Assembly: GCA_965220745.1 (NCBI GenBank)
Contig: CBDCQT010000012.1
Span: 1-64,000, forward strand
Length of the DNA: 64,000 bases
Origin: Alphaproteobacteria bacterium
GTDB taxonomy: Bacteria; Pseudomonadota; Alphaproteobacteria; UBA828
Direction of reading: 5' to 3'
How positions within the stretch are numbered: position 1 is the first letter of the stretch; the number at the start of each line of letters is the position of its first letter. This document shows, in pieces, positions 1 to 9,531 of the stretch. A program made the translations under genes and the position numbers. The notes beneath the pieces were generated by a model. The model saw only the letters and a list, made by a program, of their open reading frames with translations. It was not told the origin of the DNA and did not search any database.

Positions 1-1
1 G

Positions 2-205
2 CCGTTCCCGCTCGCAGTCATCCTTGCGATCCCGATCGTGGCCTTGTTCGGGCTGGTGGCGGAGCGCCTGATCTTCCGACCGACGCGGAAGAACATCCTG
101 GCCGGTTTCATGGCCACCGCAGGTCTTGCGTTTATCCTGCAAGTGCTCGCGGAGCAGATTTTGGGGTGTCGGTATCGCCAAGAGCATTCCTACGGCGTCG
201 CTTAG
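2..205 (+). pseudogene. Truncated/frameshifted LivH-type branched-chain amino acid ABC permease (5' end outside window)
   Basis: Frame 2 reads PFPLAVILAIPIVALFGLVAERLIFRPTRKNILAGFMATAGLAFILQVLAEQI, which aligns with the intact LivH at 17008-17892 (IPFFASIVIATLLTVAIGLLMERALFRPMRGNLFGGL); it shifts frame at a T4G4 run (~169-176) and stops at 205. Confidence 0.65.
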
Positions 206-246
206 GCTAAGCTGGTTGCGATGTCGGCAGCCTTGGAGAGAGAGGC

Positions 247-1032
247 ATGAACGTAGGACTGGAGGGTAAGCGGACGCTGGTTACGGGAGCCGCGAGCGGC
301 ATCGGGCGCGCCATCGCCGAGGCCTACGCGCGAGAGGGGGCGACGGTCGCGGTCCACGCACGCAGCGAGGAACGGGCGGCGGAGACACTCGACGCCATCG
401 CCGGTGCCGGCGGCAAGGCCTTCGCCGCACCGGCCGATCTGACCGACGCCGCGGCCATCGAGGGGATGTGCAAGGCCGCCATCGAGCGGCTCGGCGGCAT
501 CGACGTGGTCGTGAACAACGCCGGGGTCGCCGACGTCAAGAAGGTCGTCGACATGGACGAGGCCATGTGGGACTGGATCATGGCCGTCAACCTGAAGGCG
601 CCGTACCTGGTCTCCAAGCACACGCTGCCAACGATGATCGAGCAGGGCGCGGGCGGTGTGCAGCTCTTCAACGCGTCCACCAACGCCAAGACGGCGGATG
701 CGGAGTGGACCGCCTACAACACGACCAAGCACGGCCTGGTCGGCTTCGTGCGCTGTCTTGCCGCCGAGGTGGGAGAGCACAACATCCGGGTCAACGCCAT
801 CTGTCCCGGCTGGATCGAGACCAAGATGGCGGTGGCGCTGCATGAAGACATGGCGCGCGATCTCGGCGAGCCCTACGAGAAGGTCTACGACGAGAGCATG
901 CGCACCAACATGCTGAGCGCCCTGATCCCGCCGACTGCGATCGCCGAGATGGCCGTCTACCTCGCCGGCGAACCCGGCCGCTACGTCACCGGCCAGGCGA
1001 TCAACGTCTGCGCAGGACTCAGCATCCACTAA
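247..1032 (+). CDS. SDR family NAD(P)-dependent oxidoreductase
   Basis: TGAASGIG, NNAG and YNTTK motifs; RBS GGAG/GAGG upstream. Confidence 0.93.
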   Translation: MNVGLEGKRTLVTGAASGIGRAIAEAYAREGATVAVHARSEERAAETLDAIAGAGGKAFAAPADLTDAAAIEGMCKAAIERLGGIDVVVNNAGVADVKKVVDMDEAMWDWIMAVNLKAPYLVSKHTLPTMIEQGAGGVQLFNASTNAKTADAEWTAYNTTKHGLVGFVRCLAAEVGEHNIRVNAICPGWIETKMAVALHEDMARDLGEPYEKVYDESMRTNMLSALIPPTAIAEMAVYLAGEPGRYVTGQAINVCAGLSIH

Positions 1033-1046
1033 CGCGGCTGGAGGGC

Positions 1047-1934
1047 TCACCCGCTCTGGCGATCGAGGAAGTCGCGCAGCGCCGCGAAGTAGGCCTCGGG
1101 CTCCTCGAAGAACGGCGTGTGCGAGCTGTTGGGAAAGACCACGCTCGTCGCGTTCGGCAGCACGTCCTGCATGAGCATGGCGCCTTCGGGCGTGAGCTCG
1201 TCGTGGAGGCCGCTCAAGATCAGGCAGGGCACCTTGATGCGCCCCATCTCAGCGAGCCGGTCCCAGTCCTTGAGCGTACCGACGCAGCAGAACTCGTTGG
1301 GGCCCCACATGGTGCCGTAGACATCCATGTTGATGCCGTCGAGCGAGCGTTGCAGGGACGCGGGCCACGCGTCGAGCCGGCACAGGTGCCGGTGGTACAG
1401 GATCGTGATGGCGGCCTCATACGTAGGGTGGTCGGTGGTTCCCTGGGCCTCGTGGCGCTGCATCATGGCCACCGTCTCGGGCCCGAGGGCGGCGCGGAGG
1501 CGCTTCATCTCGGTGACCGTGTGCGGCACGCAGCCTGAACCGTTCGCGATCACGTAGGACGCAACGTTCTCCTGATATTTCAGGCAGTAATCGGTGCCCA
1601 GCCAGGTTCCCCACGACTGACCGAGCAGGTGGACGCGGCCGAGCCCGAGTGCGGTCCGCACCGCTTCGACCTCGTCAACGTAGCGGGGGACGTTGTAGAG
1701 CGAGGTATCGTCCGGCCTGTCGGACTGGCCGCAGCCGAGCTGGTCGTAGGCCACCACGCGATAGCCGTGATCCGCCAACACCGAGTGGCTGTCTCGCACG
1801 TAGTCGCAGGGCAGGCCGGGGCCGCCGTGCAGACAGAGAAGCACGCGCTCGCCGGTGCCGAAGCTGTAGACCGCCACCTCGCCGCCCTCCACGGCGACAC
1901 GGCAGGTCTCGTCGGGCTGTCTCTCTTCGCTCAT
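1047..1934 (-). CDS. Proline iminopeptidase-family alpha/beta hydrolase (peptidase S33/amidase)
   Basis: HGGPG, YDQLGCGQS, GQSWG nucleophile elbow, GPNEF, catalytic D and SSH. Confidence 0.9.
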   Translation of the reverse strand: MSEERQPDETCRVAVEGGEVAVYSFGTGERVLLCLHGGPGLPCDYVRDSHSVLADHGYRVVAYDQLGCGQSDRPDDTSLYNVPRYVDEVEAVRTALGLGRVHLLGQSWGTWLGTDYCLKYQENVASYVIANGSGCVPHTVTEMKRLRAALGPETVAMMQRHEAQGTTDHPTYEAAITILYHRHLCRLDAWPASLQRSLDGINMDVYGTMWGPNEFCCVGTLKDWDRLAEMGRIKVPCLILSGLHDELTPEGAMLMQDVLPNATSVVFPNSSHTPFFEEPEAYFAALRDFLDRQSG

Positions 1935-1949
1935 CGATCGTTCTCCTCG

Positions 1950-2927
1950 CTACCCCGAGGCGCCGTAGGTGTCGCGGTACTCGGCGTACATGCGCTCGTA
2001 GCGCTCCGCATTCATCGTGGAGTAGATGCGAAAGTCGAAGTCGATGGGCTTGTCCATCACCTCGGAGACGAAGCTCCAGGTCGTCTCGCGGATGGCGGCG
2101 ACGACCGTCGCGGCGGCGAAGCGGTGGCGCAGCTCATCGGTGGCCGGCGTCTCGAAATAGGGCTCGAGATAAGGGTCGATCTCGTCCGGCCTGATCTCGA
2201 TGTTCATGGCGAGCACGCCGAGGTCGAACAGATCCACCGTGAACCCGCCGAACTCCCAGTCCACGAACCAGACCCGCTCGCCGTCGTCCATGATGTTCTG
2301 CGGGTTGAGGTCGTTGTGGCCGAAGACGATGGTCGCCGGCCCCATCGTGCGCTCCAGCGCCTCGTTCGCGGCGGCGAGGCCCGGCAGCATGTCGCGCCAT
2401 CGCCCGTAGAGCCGGTCGGAGCGCTCCTGCAGCAGCCGGATATACGCGCGATGATGCTGGAACGGCCAGAACATGAAGCCCGTCGAGTCCAGGTGCTTGT
2501 GGGCCTCGCGATGGAGCTGACGAAAGAGACGGGCCACCTTGGCGAGACATGCGGGTTCGTGCACGTCGGCAGGCAGGAGCGAGCGGCCTTCGATGAAGCG
2601 GATCACCATCAGGCCGGGCTCGGCGTAGACCACCTCCGGCGCGACGCCCGCCGCGTGGGCGGCACGGAAGGCCTGGAGCTCGTTCTCGCGGGAGACGCCG
2701 AAGAAGGGCTCGTCCTCGCCAACACGGATCACGTAGCGCTCGCCAGCGTCGTCTGCGGTGAGGTTGATGTTGCTCAAGCCCCCGCTCAGCAGGACGGGCT
2801 CGACCGGGCCGCTCCAGATCGGCAGCGCGCGGGCGCGTTCGACCGCCGCACCGCTGCGCGCCTCCATGCCTCGGGCGCCGCCGATCAGATCGTAGACATC
2901 GTCGTCGGAGGTGGGAGTCTTCGTCAT
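1950..2927 (-). CDS. Choline/ethanolamine kinase-like (APH family) phosphotransferase
   Basis: GGLSN, Brenner motif HNDLNPQN, VDWEFG; overlaps upstream gene by 4 nt. Confidence 0.88.
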   Translation of the reverse strand: MTKTPTSDDDVYDLIGGARGMEARSGAAVERARALPIWSGPVEPVLLSGGLSNINLTADDAGERYVIRVGEDEPFFGVSRENELQAFRAAHAAGVAPEVVYAEPGLMVIRFIEGRSLLPADVHEPACLAKVARLFRQLHREAHKHLDSTGFMFWPFQHHRAYIRLLQERSDRLYGRWRDMLPGLAAANEALERTMGPATIVFGHNDLNPQNIMDDGERVWFVDWEFGGFTVDLFDLGVLAMNIEIRPDEIDPYLEPYFETPATDELRHRFAAATVVAAIRETTWSFVSEVMDKPIDFDFRIYSTMNAERYERMYAEYRDTYGASG

Positions 2928-5371
2928 GCCCTGACCCGGTCATTGCCGGGGTCGTAGAGCGGCCGCAGGTGGAGCTCGGCCGGCACCTCGCGGGTCGCGA
3001 CTTCCAGCGAGTACGTGCCGCTGGCCAGGTAATCGTCGCTGACACCCGCCGGGTTCCGCACATAGCCCATGCCGATGCTCCGGCCGACGGTATGGCCGAA
3101 GCCGCCGGAGGCGAGCCAGCCGACGCGCTCGCCGTTTCGGATGATCGTCTCGCGGCCCCAGAGCTGCACCTCCGGATCATCGTCGATGGTGAAGGTCGCG
3201 AGCCGGCGGGTCAGCGGCTGTTCCCGCTGCTTGCGCACGGCGTCCTGCCCGATGAACGCCGTGGGCTTGTCGAACGCGACCGCGAAGCCGAGGCCCGCCT
3301 CCAGCGGGTTGAAGTCCGGGCCGATATCCGCCGCCCAGACGCGGTAGCCCTTCTCCAGCCGCAGGCTGTTGATCGCCCAGTAGCCCGCGTCAAGCAGACC
3401 GTGCGCGGCTCCTGCCGCCTTCAGCGCGTCATAGACCGTGAGCATGTACTCGGTGGCGACGTGAAGCTCCCAGCCCAGCTCGCCCACGAAGGTGATGCGC
3501 ATGGCGCGAACGGGCGCGCCCGCCACGTAGATTTCTCTCACCGCACCGAATGGGAATGCCTCCGCTCCCAGCTCGCCCTCCGCCACGGACGCGAGGATTT
3601 CGCGGGCGCGCGGCCCCATCAGCGCGAGCACCCCGTAGGCCGAGGTGATGTCGACCAGCGAGGCGTGGGCATCCGGGTCGATGTTCCGGCTGATGTGGTC
3701 GAAGTCGTGGGTCGCGAAGCCCGTGCCGGTAACGATGTAGAAGGAGTCCTCTGCGATCCGCGCGACGGTCAGGTCGCATTCGATCCCGCCGTTCCGGTTG
3801 AGCATTTGTGTGTAGGTGATCCGCCCCGGTGGCTTGCCGACATCGGCGGCACAGATACGCTGCAGGCAGGCCTCCGCGTCGCGGCCGACCAGCGCGAACT
3901 TGGCGAAGGACGACTGGTCGAAGAGCGCGGCCGTGTCCCTGCAAGCCGCGTGCTCGACGGCCACGTGCGCGTGCCAGCGAGGGCGCGTGAAGCTGTCGAT
4001 CTCCACCGGCTCGACACCCTCGGGCGCGAACCAGTTGGGCCGCTCCCAACCAAACTTGGCGCCGAAGCAGGCGCGATTGTCCCTGAGGCGATCATAGATC
4101 GCGCTGCGCCTGAGCGGCCGCCCGGCCTTCATCTCCTCACGGGGCCAGACGATGGTGTAGTGGTGACCCTGGCCCTCCAGAGAGCGCACCAGAACCTGGC
4201 TGTCGGCGCGGTGGTAGCCGGCGAAGCGGCGGATGTCGAAGCTCCAGATGTCGTAGGGCGGCTCGCCGTTCAGAATCCACTCGCCGAGCGCCATGCCGGC
4301 GCCGCCACAGCCGGTGAGCCCGTAAGCGTTGAAGCCCGCGCTCACGAAGATGTTGCGCACCTCCGGCGCCTCGCCCATCACCGGATTCTGATCCTCGGTG
4401 AAGGCTTCCAGGCCGTTGAACCAGCTCTTGATGCCGGCGGTCTTGAGCACGGGAATCCAGTCGAGCAAGCCCTCGAGCCGCGGCATGAAGTGGTCGAGGT
4501 TCTCGGGCATGAGCTTGAACTCATGGTCCTTGGGGATCGGATCCGTGAACGGGATGGGATCGGGATCGTACTGGCCGACGAGCAGCCCGCCGACCTCCTC
4601 CCGGATGTAGTGCCAGAGGTCCGGGTCCCGCGTCGTCGGCAGGTCGCGAGTCACGCCCTCGATCGGCTCGGTGATGAAGTAGCAGTGATGCGAGGGCTGG
4701 ATCGGGACGTTCACACCCGCGAGCCGCCCAATCTCGCGCGACCAGATGCCGCAGCAGATCACCGCGATCTCGCAGCGGATCGTGCCGCGCTCCGTAACGA
4801 CGGCGGCGACGCGGCCCTGCTCGATCTCGAAGCCGGTAACCGCCGTGTCCTCGAAGAGCCGGGCGCCGTACTGGCGTGCCCCCTTGGCGAGCGCCATGCA
4901 CGTATCCGACGGGCTCAAGGCGCCGTCGGTGGGGATGTAGAGCGCGCAATCCACGTGATCGATGGTCATGAAGGGAAATAGTGCCTGCGCTTCCTTGGCG
5001 GAAATCAGCTCCATCTCGACGCCGAAGGAGCGCGCCGTCGTGATCGCCCGCTCGTACTCGCGCCGACGGTCGCGATTGGAGGCGACCCGCATGCCGCCCG
5101 TCCGGTGCCAGCCGGTGGCCTGGCCGGTCTCCTCCTCCAGCGACGCGTAGAGGTCGGCACCGTAGGCCATGAGCCGGCCGGCATTGGGATCGGTGCGGAA
5201 CTGCGCAAAAGCGCCGGCGGCGTGCCAGGTCGAGCCCGACGTGAGCTTGGCCTTCTCGACCAGGACGACATCGTCGCGGCCGTGTTTGGCCAGATGGTAC
5301 GCGGTGGCACAGCCGATCGCCCCGCCGCCGATAATCACGACGCGCGCCTGGTCGGTAAACCCCTGGGTCAT
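2924..5371 (-). CDS. GcvT-family FAD-dependent oxidoreductase (dimethylglycine/sarcosine dehydrogenase-like)
   Basis: GGGAIG, GSTWHAAG (flavinylation His), GWERPNWF, ITFVGELGWE, LRLEKGY; 815 aa. Confidence 0.93.
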   Translation of the reverse strand: MTQGFTDQARVVIIGGGAIGCATAYHLAKHGRDDVVLVEKAKLTSGSTWHAAGAFAQFRTDPNAGRLMAYGADLYASLEEETGQATGWHRTGGMRVASNRDRRREYERAITTARSFGVEMELISAKEAQALFPFMTIDHVDCALYIPTDGALSPSDTCMALAKGARQYGARLFEDTAVTGFEIEQGRVAAVVTERGTIRCEIAVICCGIWSREIGRLAGVNVPIQPSHHCYFITEPIEGVTRDLPTTRDPDLWHYIREEVGGLLVGQYDPDPIPFTDPIPKDHEFKLMPENLDHFMPRLEGLLDWIPVLKTAGIKSWFNGLEAFTEDQNPVMGEAPEVRNIFVSAGFNAYGLTGCGGAGMALGEWILNGEPPYDIWSFDIRRFAGYHRADSQVLVRSLEGQGHHYTIVWPREEMKAGRPLRRSAIYDRLRDNRACFGAKFGWERPNWFAPEGVEPVEIDSFTRPRWHAHVAVEHAACRDTAALFDQSSFAKFALVGRDAEACLQRICAADVGKPPGRITYTQMLNRNGGIECDLTVARIAEDSFYIVTGTGFATHDFDHISRNIDPDAHASLVDITSAYGVLALMGPRAREILASVAEGELGAEAFPFGAVREIYVAGAPVRAMRITFVGELGWELHVATEYMLTVYDALKAAGAAHGLLDAGYWAINSLRLEKGYRVWAADIGPDFNPLEAGLGFAVAFDKPTAFIGQDAVRKQREQPLTRRLATFTIDDDPEVQLWGRETIIRNGERVGWLASGGFGHTVGRSIGMGYVRNPAGVSDDYLASGTYSLEVATREVPAELHLRPLYDPGNDRVRA

Positions 5372-5453
5372 CCGCTGCCGTCTCTTTGGCTCAGTGCTTG
5401 GCGCGCGCGAGTGTACCAGCGGGGTGTCGGGATCACGAAGCGAGGCCGGGGTG

Positions 5454-6974
5454 TCAGGCGTTGGCGCGCAGAATGTGGTGGGCCGCGTTGTGACCGGGAG
5501 CGCCGGTGACCTCGCCGGCCGGGTGCGTGCCGCCGCCGCAGAGGTAGAAGTTGCGGATTTCGGTATCGTAGCTGAGCCGCCCGTTCAGGAACTGGCTCGG
5601 CACGACGTCGAGATGGCGGATGGCGCCGTCGGTGATCCCCGTTCGCTGCTCGATGTCCCAGGGGCTCATGAACATCCATTCCCGGATGGCGGAGCGGAAG
5701 TTGGGAACGAACTGCGTCACGTAGTCGATTACTCCTTCGCCCACCTCTTCGCGGCGCTCCTCCCAGGTGCCTGTGGCGAGACGGGGAGGCGCGTAGAGAC
5801 CCCAGATCGAGCAGATGTGCCCGTCCCGATCGGTCAGGGTGTCGTCGTAGAGGGTCGGCACCTGAAGGTGGCAGATCGGCTCGCCGCAGGGCTCGCCTGC
5901 GCGCATTTCCGCACCCGCCAGGGCGTAGTGATCCAGGCTCGGCGCTATCAGGATGTAAGAGATCGGCGGGCCATCGTAGCCGTTGAGATAGCCTGAAACG
6001 TCCGGGGGCTCATCCATCACGCAATGAAACTTGAAGTAGCCGGTTTCGGTCTTGAGCCGTTCCACGCGGTCCAGGAGATCGCCCGGCAGGTCTTCTGGCG
6101 CGAAGAGAGTGCGGTAGGTGCGCTTGGGATCGGCATTCGAGAGCACGATCTGCGCGCGGATCTCTTCGCCCGAGCCGAGGCGCACGCCGGTGGCCGCGCC
6201 GTCCTCCACCAGCACCTGCGCGACCGGGGCGTCACAGCGGATCTCGCCGCCCTGCTCTTCGACCGCCTCGGCCATATAGCGGGTGATGGAGCCCATGCCG
6301 CCTTCCACGACGTAGAAGCCGTGTCCGCCGGCGGCGCCGAACTGGAAGAAAACCTCTGCCCAGGCGCTGCCATTGGCGTAGGGGTCGGCCATATCCTGCA
6401 CGTAGAGCATCATCGCGCGCACGCGCTCGTCCTCGAAATAGTCAGCCGCGAGGTCGACGAGGGAGGTGGTCAGAAAGCGCTCCAGCACGGCCTCGTCGCC
6501 GTTTTCCCTGGCACGCTCCCAAACGTCGGAGAGCGTCGGCGGGTCGGTCAGCATGTAGGGCTGCACCAGCCCGGTCGCCCGGCTCCACAGGTCCACCCAC
6601 TCGGGAAAGCGCTCGGCATCGCGCGCGTTCAGCCGCGCGATCGAATCGATCGTGCGCTCCATGTCGTAGTGAAGGAATGCGTGCGAGCCGTCTTCGTAAG
6701 GCAGGAACACGGGCGGGTCGATCAGGTGCATGGTCAACCCGCGCGCGTCGAGCCCCATGTCGTCGCGCACCTTCTGCTCCAGTTTCCACATGACGTAGGA
6801 GCAGGACGAGACGCGGTAGCCCTCGAAAAGCTCTTCGGTCGCGCACGCACCGCCGACGAACGGCCTTCGCTCGCAGAGCAGCACCTTGCGCCCGGCACGC
6901 GCCAGATAGAAGGCAGCGACCAGCCCGTTGTGGCCGGCGCCGACGATGATCGCGTCGTATTGTGAGTCCGCCAT
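5454..6974 (-). CDS. Phytoene-desaturase-family NAD(P)/FAD-dependent oxidoreductase
   Basis: GAGHNGL...GGACAT N-terminus, GGMG, C-terminal THPAGEVTGAPGHNAA; start set at MADSQY after RBS GGAGGAGG. Confidence 0.88.
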   Translation of the reverse strand: MADSQYDAIIVGAGHNGLVAAFYLARAGRKVLLCERRPFVGGACATEELFEGYRVSSCSYVMWKLEQKVRDDMGLDARGLTMHLIDPPVFLPYEDGSHAFLHYDMERTIDSIARLNARDAERFPEWVDLWSRATGLVQPYMLTDPPTLSDVWERARENGDEAVLERFLTTSLVDLAADYFEDERVRAMMLYVQDMADPYANGSAWAEVFFQFGAAGGHGFYVVEGGMGSITRYMAEAVEEQGGEIRCDAPVAQVLVEDGAATGVRLGSGEEIRAQIVLSNADPKRTYRTLFAPEDLPGDLLDRVERLKTETGYFKFHCVMDEPPDVSGYLNGYDGPPISYILIAPSLDHYALAGAEMRAGEPCGEPICHLQVPTLYDDTLTDRDGHICSIWGLYAPPRLATGTWEERREEVGEGVIDYVTQFVPNFRSAIREWMFMSPWDIEQRTGITDGAIRHLDVVPSQFLNGRLSYDTEIRNFYLCGGGTHPAGEVTGAPGHNAAHHILRANA

Positions 6975-7132
6975 GGCGCCGTCCTCCTCCCTGCGGGCAT
7001 TGGATACCCAGCTTGCAACCGGTGGCCCCGCTCGGGCAAGGGCGCCGCCTCGCTCCAAGACGCCCGATGACTCAGGCGATGGGTCGGGTAGACTGATGGA
7101 GGATGAGAGTCACCAGGGAGAGGAGGGAGAAG

Positions 7133-7513
7133 ATGCTCGACTATGTGACGCTGAAGGACGAGGGCGGCCTGGAGCCGTGGCCGCCGCTGGAGGAGCTGCC
7201 GTTCGTGAACGTGCTCGACGGCAACCCGGTGCACGAGGGGCGTTTCGATCTGGGCGGCTTCGGCATGCGCACGATGGCAGGTGTCTGGCAGTGCACGCCG
7301 GGCAGTTTCGAATACACCTACCCCGGCGACGAGATCTGCACCCTGCTCCAGGGCAAGATCCACGTGACCGAGCAGGACGGCACCACCCACACCTATACTG
7401 CCGGCGACATCTTTTACACGAACAAGGGCGAGAAGGTGACCTGGGTCATCGAGGAGACCGTCCGCAAGGTCTTCTTCATTCACGATCCCGAGTCCGAGCA
7501 GCTCGCCGCCTAG
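7133..7513 (+). CDS. Cupin, DUF861/EutQ-like
   Basis: AGVWQCTPG...DEICTLLQG...WVIEETVRKVF; strong RBS before ATG 7133. Confidence 0.85.
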   Translation: MLDYVTLKDEGGLEPWPPLEELPFVNVLDGNPVHEGRFDLGGFGMRTMAGVWQCTPGSFEYTYPGDEICTLLQGKIHVTEQDGTTHTYTAGDIFYTNKGEKVTWVIEETVRKVFFIHDPESEQLAA

Positions 7514-7629
7514 GCGAGGGTCTCACATCCCGGCGGCGCCGCGCCGTGCGCTCATGCGCGTGGCGCGCCCGTCGCGACCACTTTGGGGTTCCAAATCAGC
7601 GTCGGCCGCTCCAGACAAGCGAGGCAACC

Positions 7630-8532
7630 ATGAACGAAGTGCGTTCAATCGACCGGCATGCGTCGGCCGACGAGGCGATGGCGATCCTCGAAGAGGATGG
7701 TGCCGTCATCTACCGCCAGGTCGTCGATGACGAGGCGATCGACAGAGTCAATACCGAGCTCGAGCCCTTCCTGTCACGCGCCTACTACGGTGAGGGCGAG
7801 TTCTGGGGGAACAAGACGAAGCGGGTCAGCTCCCTGGTCGCGAAGTCCAAGAGCTACGGCGAAGAGCTTGCCACGTGCCCGCAGATCCTTGGCGTGATGG
7901 ACCGCCTTCTGCTGCCGCGCTGCGAACGCTACCAGCTTCACGTCACCCAGGCGGTGCGGATCGGCCCCGGTCAGGGACTGCAGATCATCCACCGCGACGA
8001 CGCACTGATGCCCTTCCGCCATCCTGGGCCGCAATGCCTGTGCAACACGATGTGGGCGCTCACCGACTTCACATACGAGAACGGCGCCACCAACGTGGTT
8101 CTGGGAAGCCATGTCTGGGACGATGACACTTACCCCGACGACGACACCCCGAGAGCCTATGCCGTCATGCCGCGCGGCTCGTGCCTGATCTATCTGGGCT
8201 CGGTCTATCACGGCGGCGGCCAGAACAATACCGAGGACGAGTGGCGCACTGGCGCGATCACCGGCTACAGCCTGGGATGGCTGCGTCAGGAGGAGAACCA
8301 GTACCTCGCGGTCCCTCCGGCCGTGGCAAAAGACCTGCGCGAGGACGTGCAGCACCTGATCGGCTACCACCTGCACGACTTCTTCCTGGGATGGGTCGAG
8401 GGGCACGATCCTCACATCGTGTTGGAGGATCGCTACAGTGATGTCATGCCGGCGGCCTCGGAGGGCGGCGAGTATGTCGACGATACCTTCGTCTTCAAGG
8501 CTGCGACGCTTGGCGAGCCGAGCAGGCACTGA
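7630..8532 (+). CDS. Phytanoyl-CoA dioxygenase (PhyH) family Fe(II)/2OG enzyme
   Basis: HRDD, WALTDFTYENGAT, YHGGGQN, WLRQEENQYL. Confidence 0.9.
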   Translation: MNEVRSIDRHASADEAMAILEEDGAVIYRQVVDDEAIDRVNTELEPFLSRAYYGEGEFWGNKTKRVSSLVAKSKSYGEELATCPQILGVMDRLLLPRCERYQLHVTQAVRIGPGQGLQIIHRDDALMPFRHPGPQCLCNTMWALTDFTYENGATNVVLGSHVWDDDTYPDDDTPRAYAVMPRGSCLIYLGSVYHGGGQNNTEDEWRTGAITGYSLGWLRQEENQYLAVPPAVAKDLREDVQHLIGYHLHDFFLGWVEGHDPHIVLEDRYSDVMPAASEGGEYVDDTFVFKAATLGEPSRH

Positions 8533-8685
8533 CGCGGACTTTTCCTCACGGTCGCGGCCCGCGCGCGCAACCGCCGGAAAAGGCGGGCAGTCTTGCCGGT
8601 TCGTTCCGGGCTGGCGTAAGCTGAACTCGGCAATCAACGAGGCACTCGGCTGTCGTAGCCGGGCCGATTTCGGGAAGGCGAGCCA

Positions 8686-9069
8686 ATGTCGAGCACCCTC
8701 GAATCACAACGGCGCATGGTCAACCTCGATACGGCGGAGTTCGTGCCGTACGGGCTGCAGGGATCGGAGCAGTCCGACCTTACCTGGTGCAACGTCAGCT
8801 ACAACGAGGCAGAGGGCGGCGGCTGTTTCCTGATTCGATTCAAGCCCGGTGGAACCTCGATCCCGCACGAACACGTGGGCTACGAGGAGTTCCTGATCCT
8901 CGACGGCGAGATCGAGGACTGCGATGGCGCCATCTACAAGAAGAACGACCTCGTGTCTCTCAAGCCCGGCTCCAAGCACTTCTCGGTGTCGCACACCGGT
9001 TGCACTGTCGCAGTCTTCATTCGCGGCGGCTTCCGCACGCTGGAGAAAGACGAGCCGGTCGACGCCTGA
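8686..9069 (+). CDS. ChrR-like cupin
   Basis: FKPGGTSIPHEHVGYEEFLILDG...KPGSKH. Confidence 0.85.
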   Translation: MSSTLESQRRMVNLDTAEFVPYGLQGSEQSDLTWCNVSYNEAEGGGCFLIRFKPGGTSIPHEHVGYEEFLILDGEIEDCDGAIYKKNDLVSLKPGSKHFSVSHTGCTVAVFIRGGFRTLEKDEPVDA

Positions 9070-9096
9070 GCGCCAACCGTGCAAGCGAGGGCCCGG

Positions 9097-9507
9097 ATGA
9101 GCACGTCCCTCGCATCCTTTCGCACGGTCGTGAACGTCGAGACCGCGACCTTTGGCACGGAACCGCCCCACCGCATGATGCGCGCAGTCTGTGCCGATCG
9201 TCCGGCGCGTGGCAGCGTCACCTACTGCAACATCAGCTATGACGCGGACGCGGGCGAAGGCTGCTACCTGATACGCTTTGCGCCGGGGACGTCATCGACG
9301 CCCCACGAGCACATCGGCTACGAGGAGTTCCTGGTGCTCGACGGGACGCTGACCGATTGCGACGGCTCGGTCTACCGCCGCAACGACTTCGTCTCACTGA
9401 AGCCGGGCTCTAAACACGTCTCGGTCTCGGAGGACGGCGCCACGCTCGCGGTGTTTATCCGCGGCGGTTTTCGCGCGCTCGACGAGAACGAGGACGTTCA
9501 CCGCTAA
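9097..9507 (+). CDS. ChrR-like cupin (tandem paralogue)
   Basis: FAPGTSSTPHEHIGYEEFLVLDG...KPGSKH; highly similar to the preceding gene. Confidence 0.83.
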   Translation: MSTSLASFRTVVNVETATFGTEPPHRMMRAVCADRPARGSVTYCNISYDADAGEGCYLIRFAPGTSSTPHEHIGYEEFLVLDGTLTDCDGSVYRRNDFVSLKPGSKHVSVSEDGATLAVFIRGGFRALDENEDVHR

Positions 9508-9531
9508 CGGTGTGTAGGTCGCTGCGCTCCG

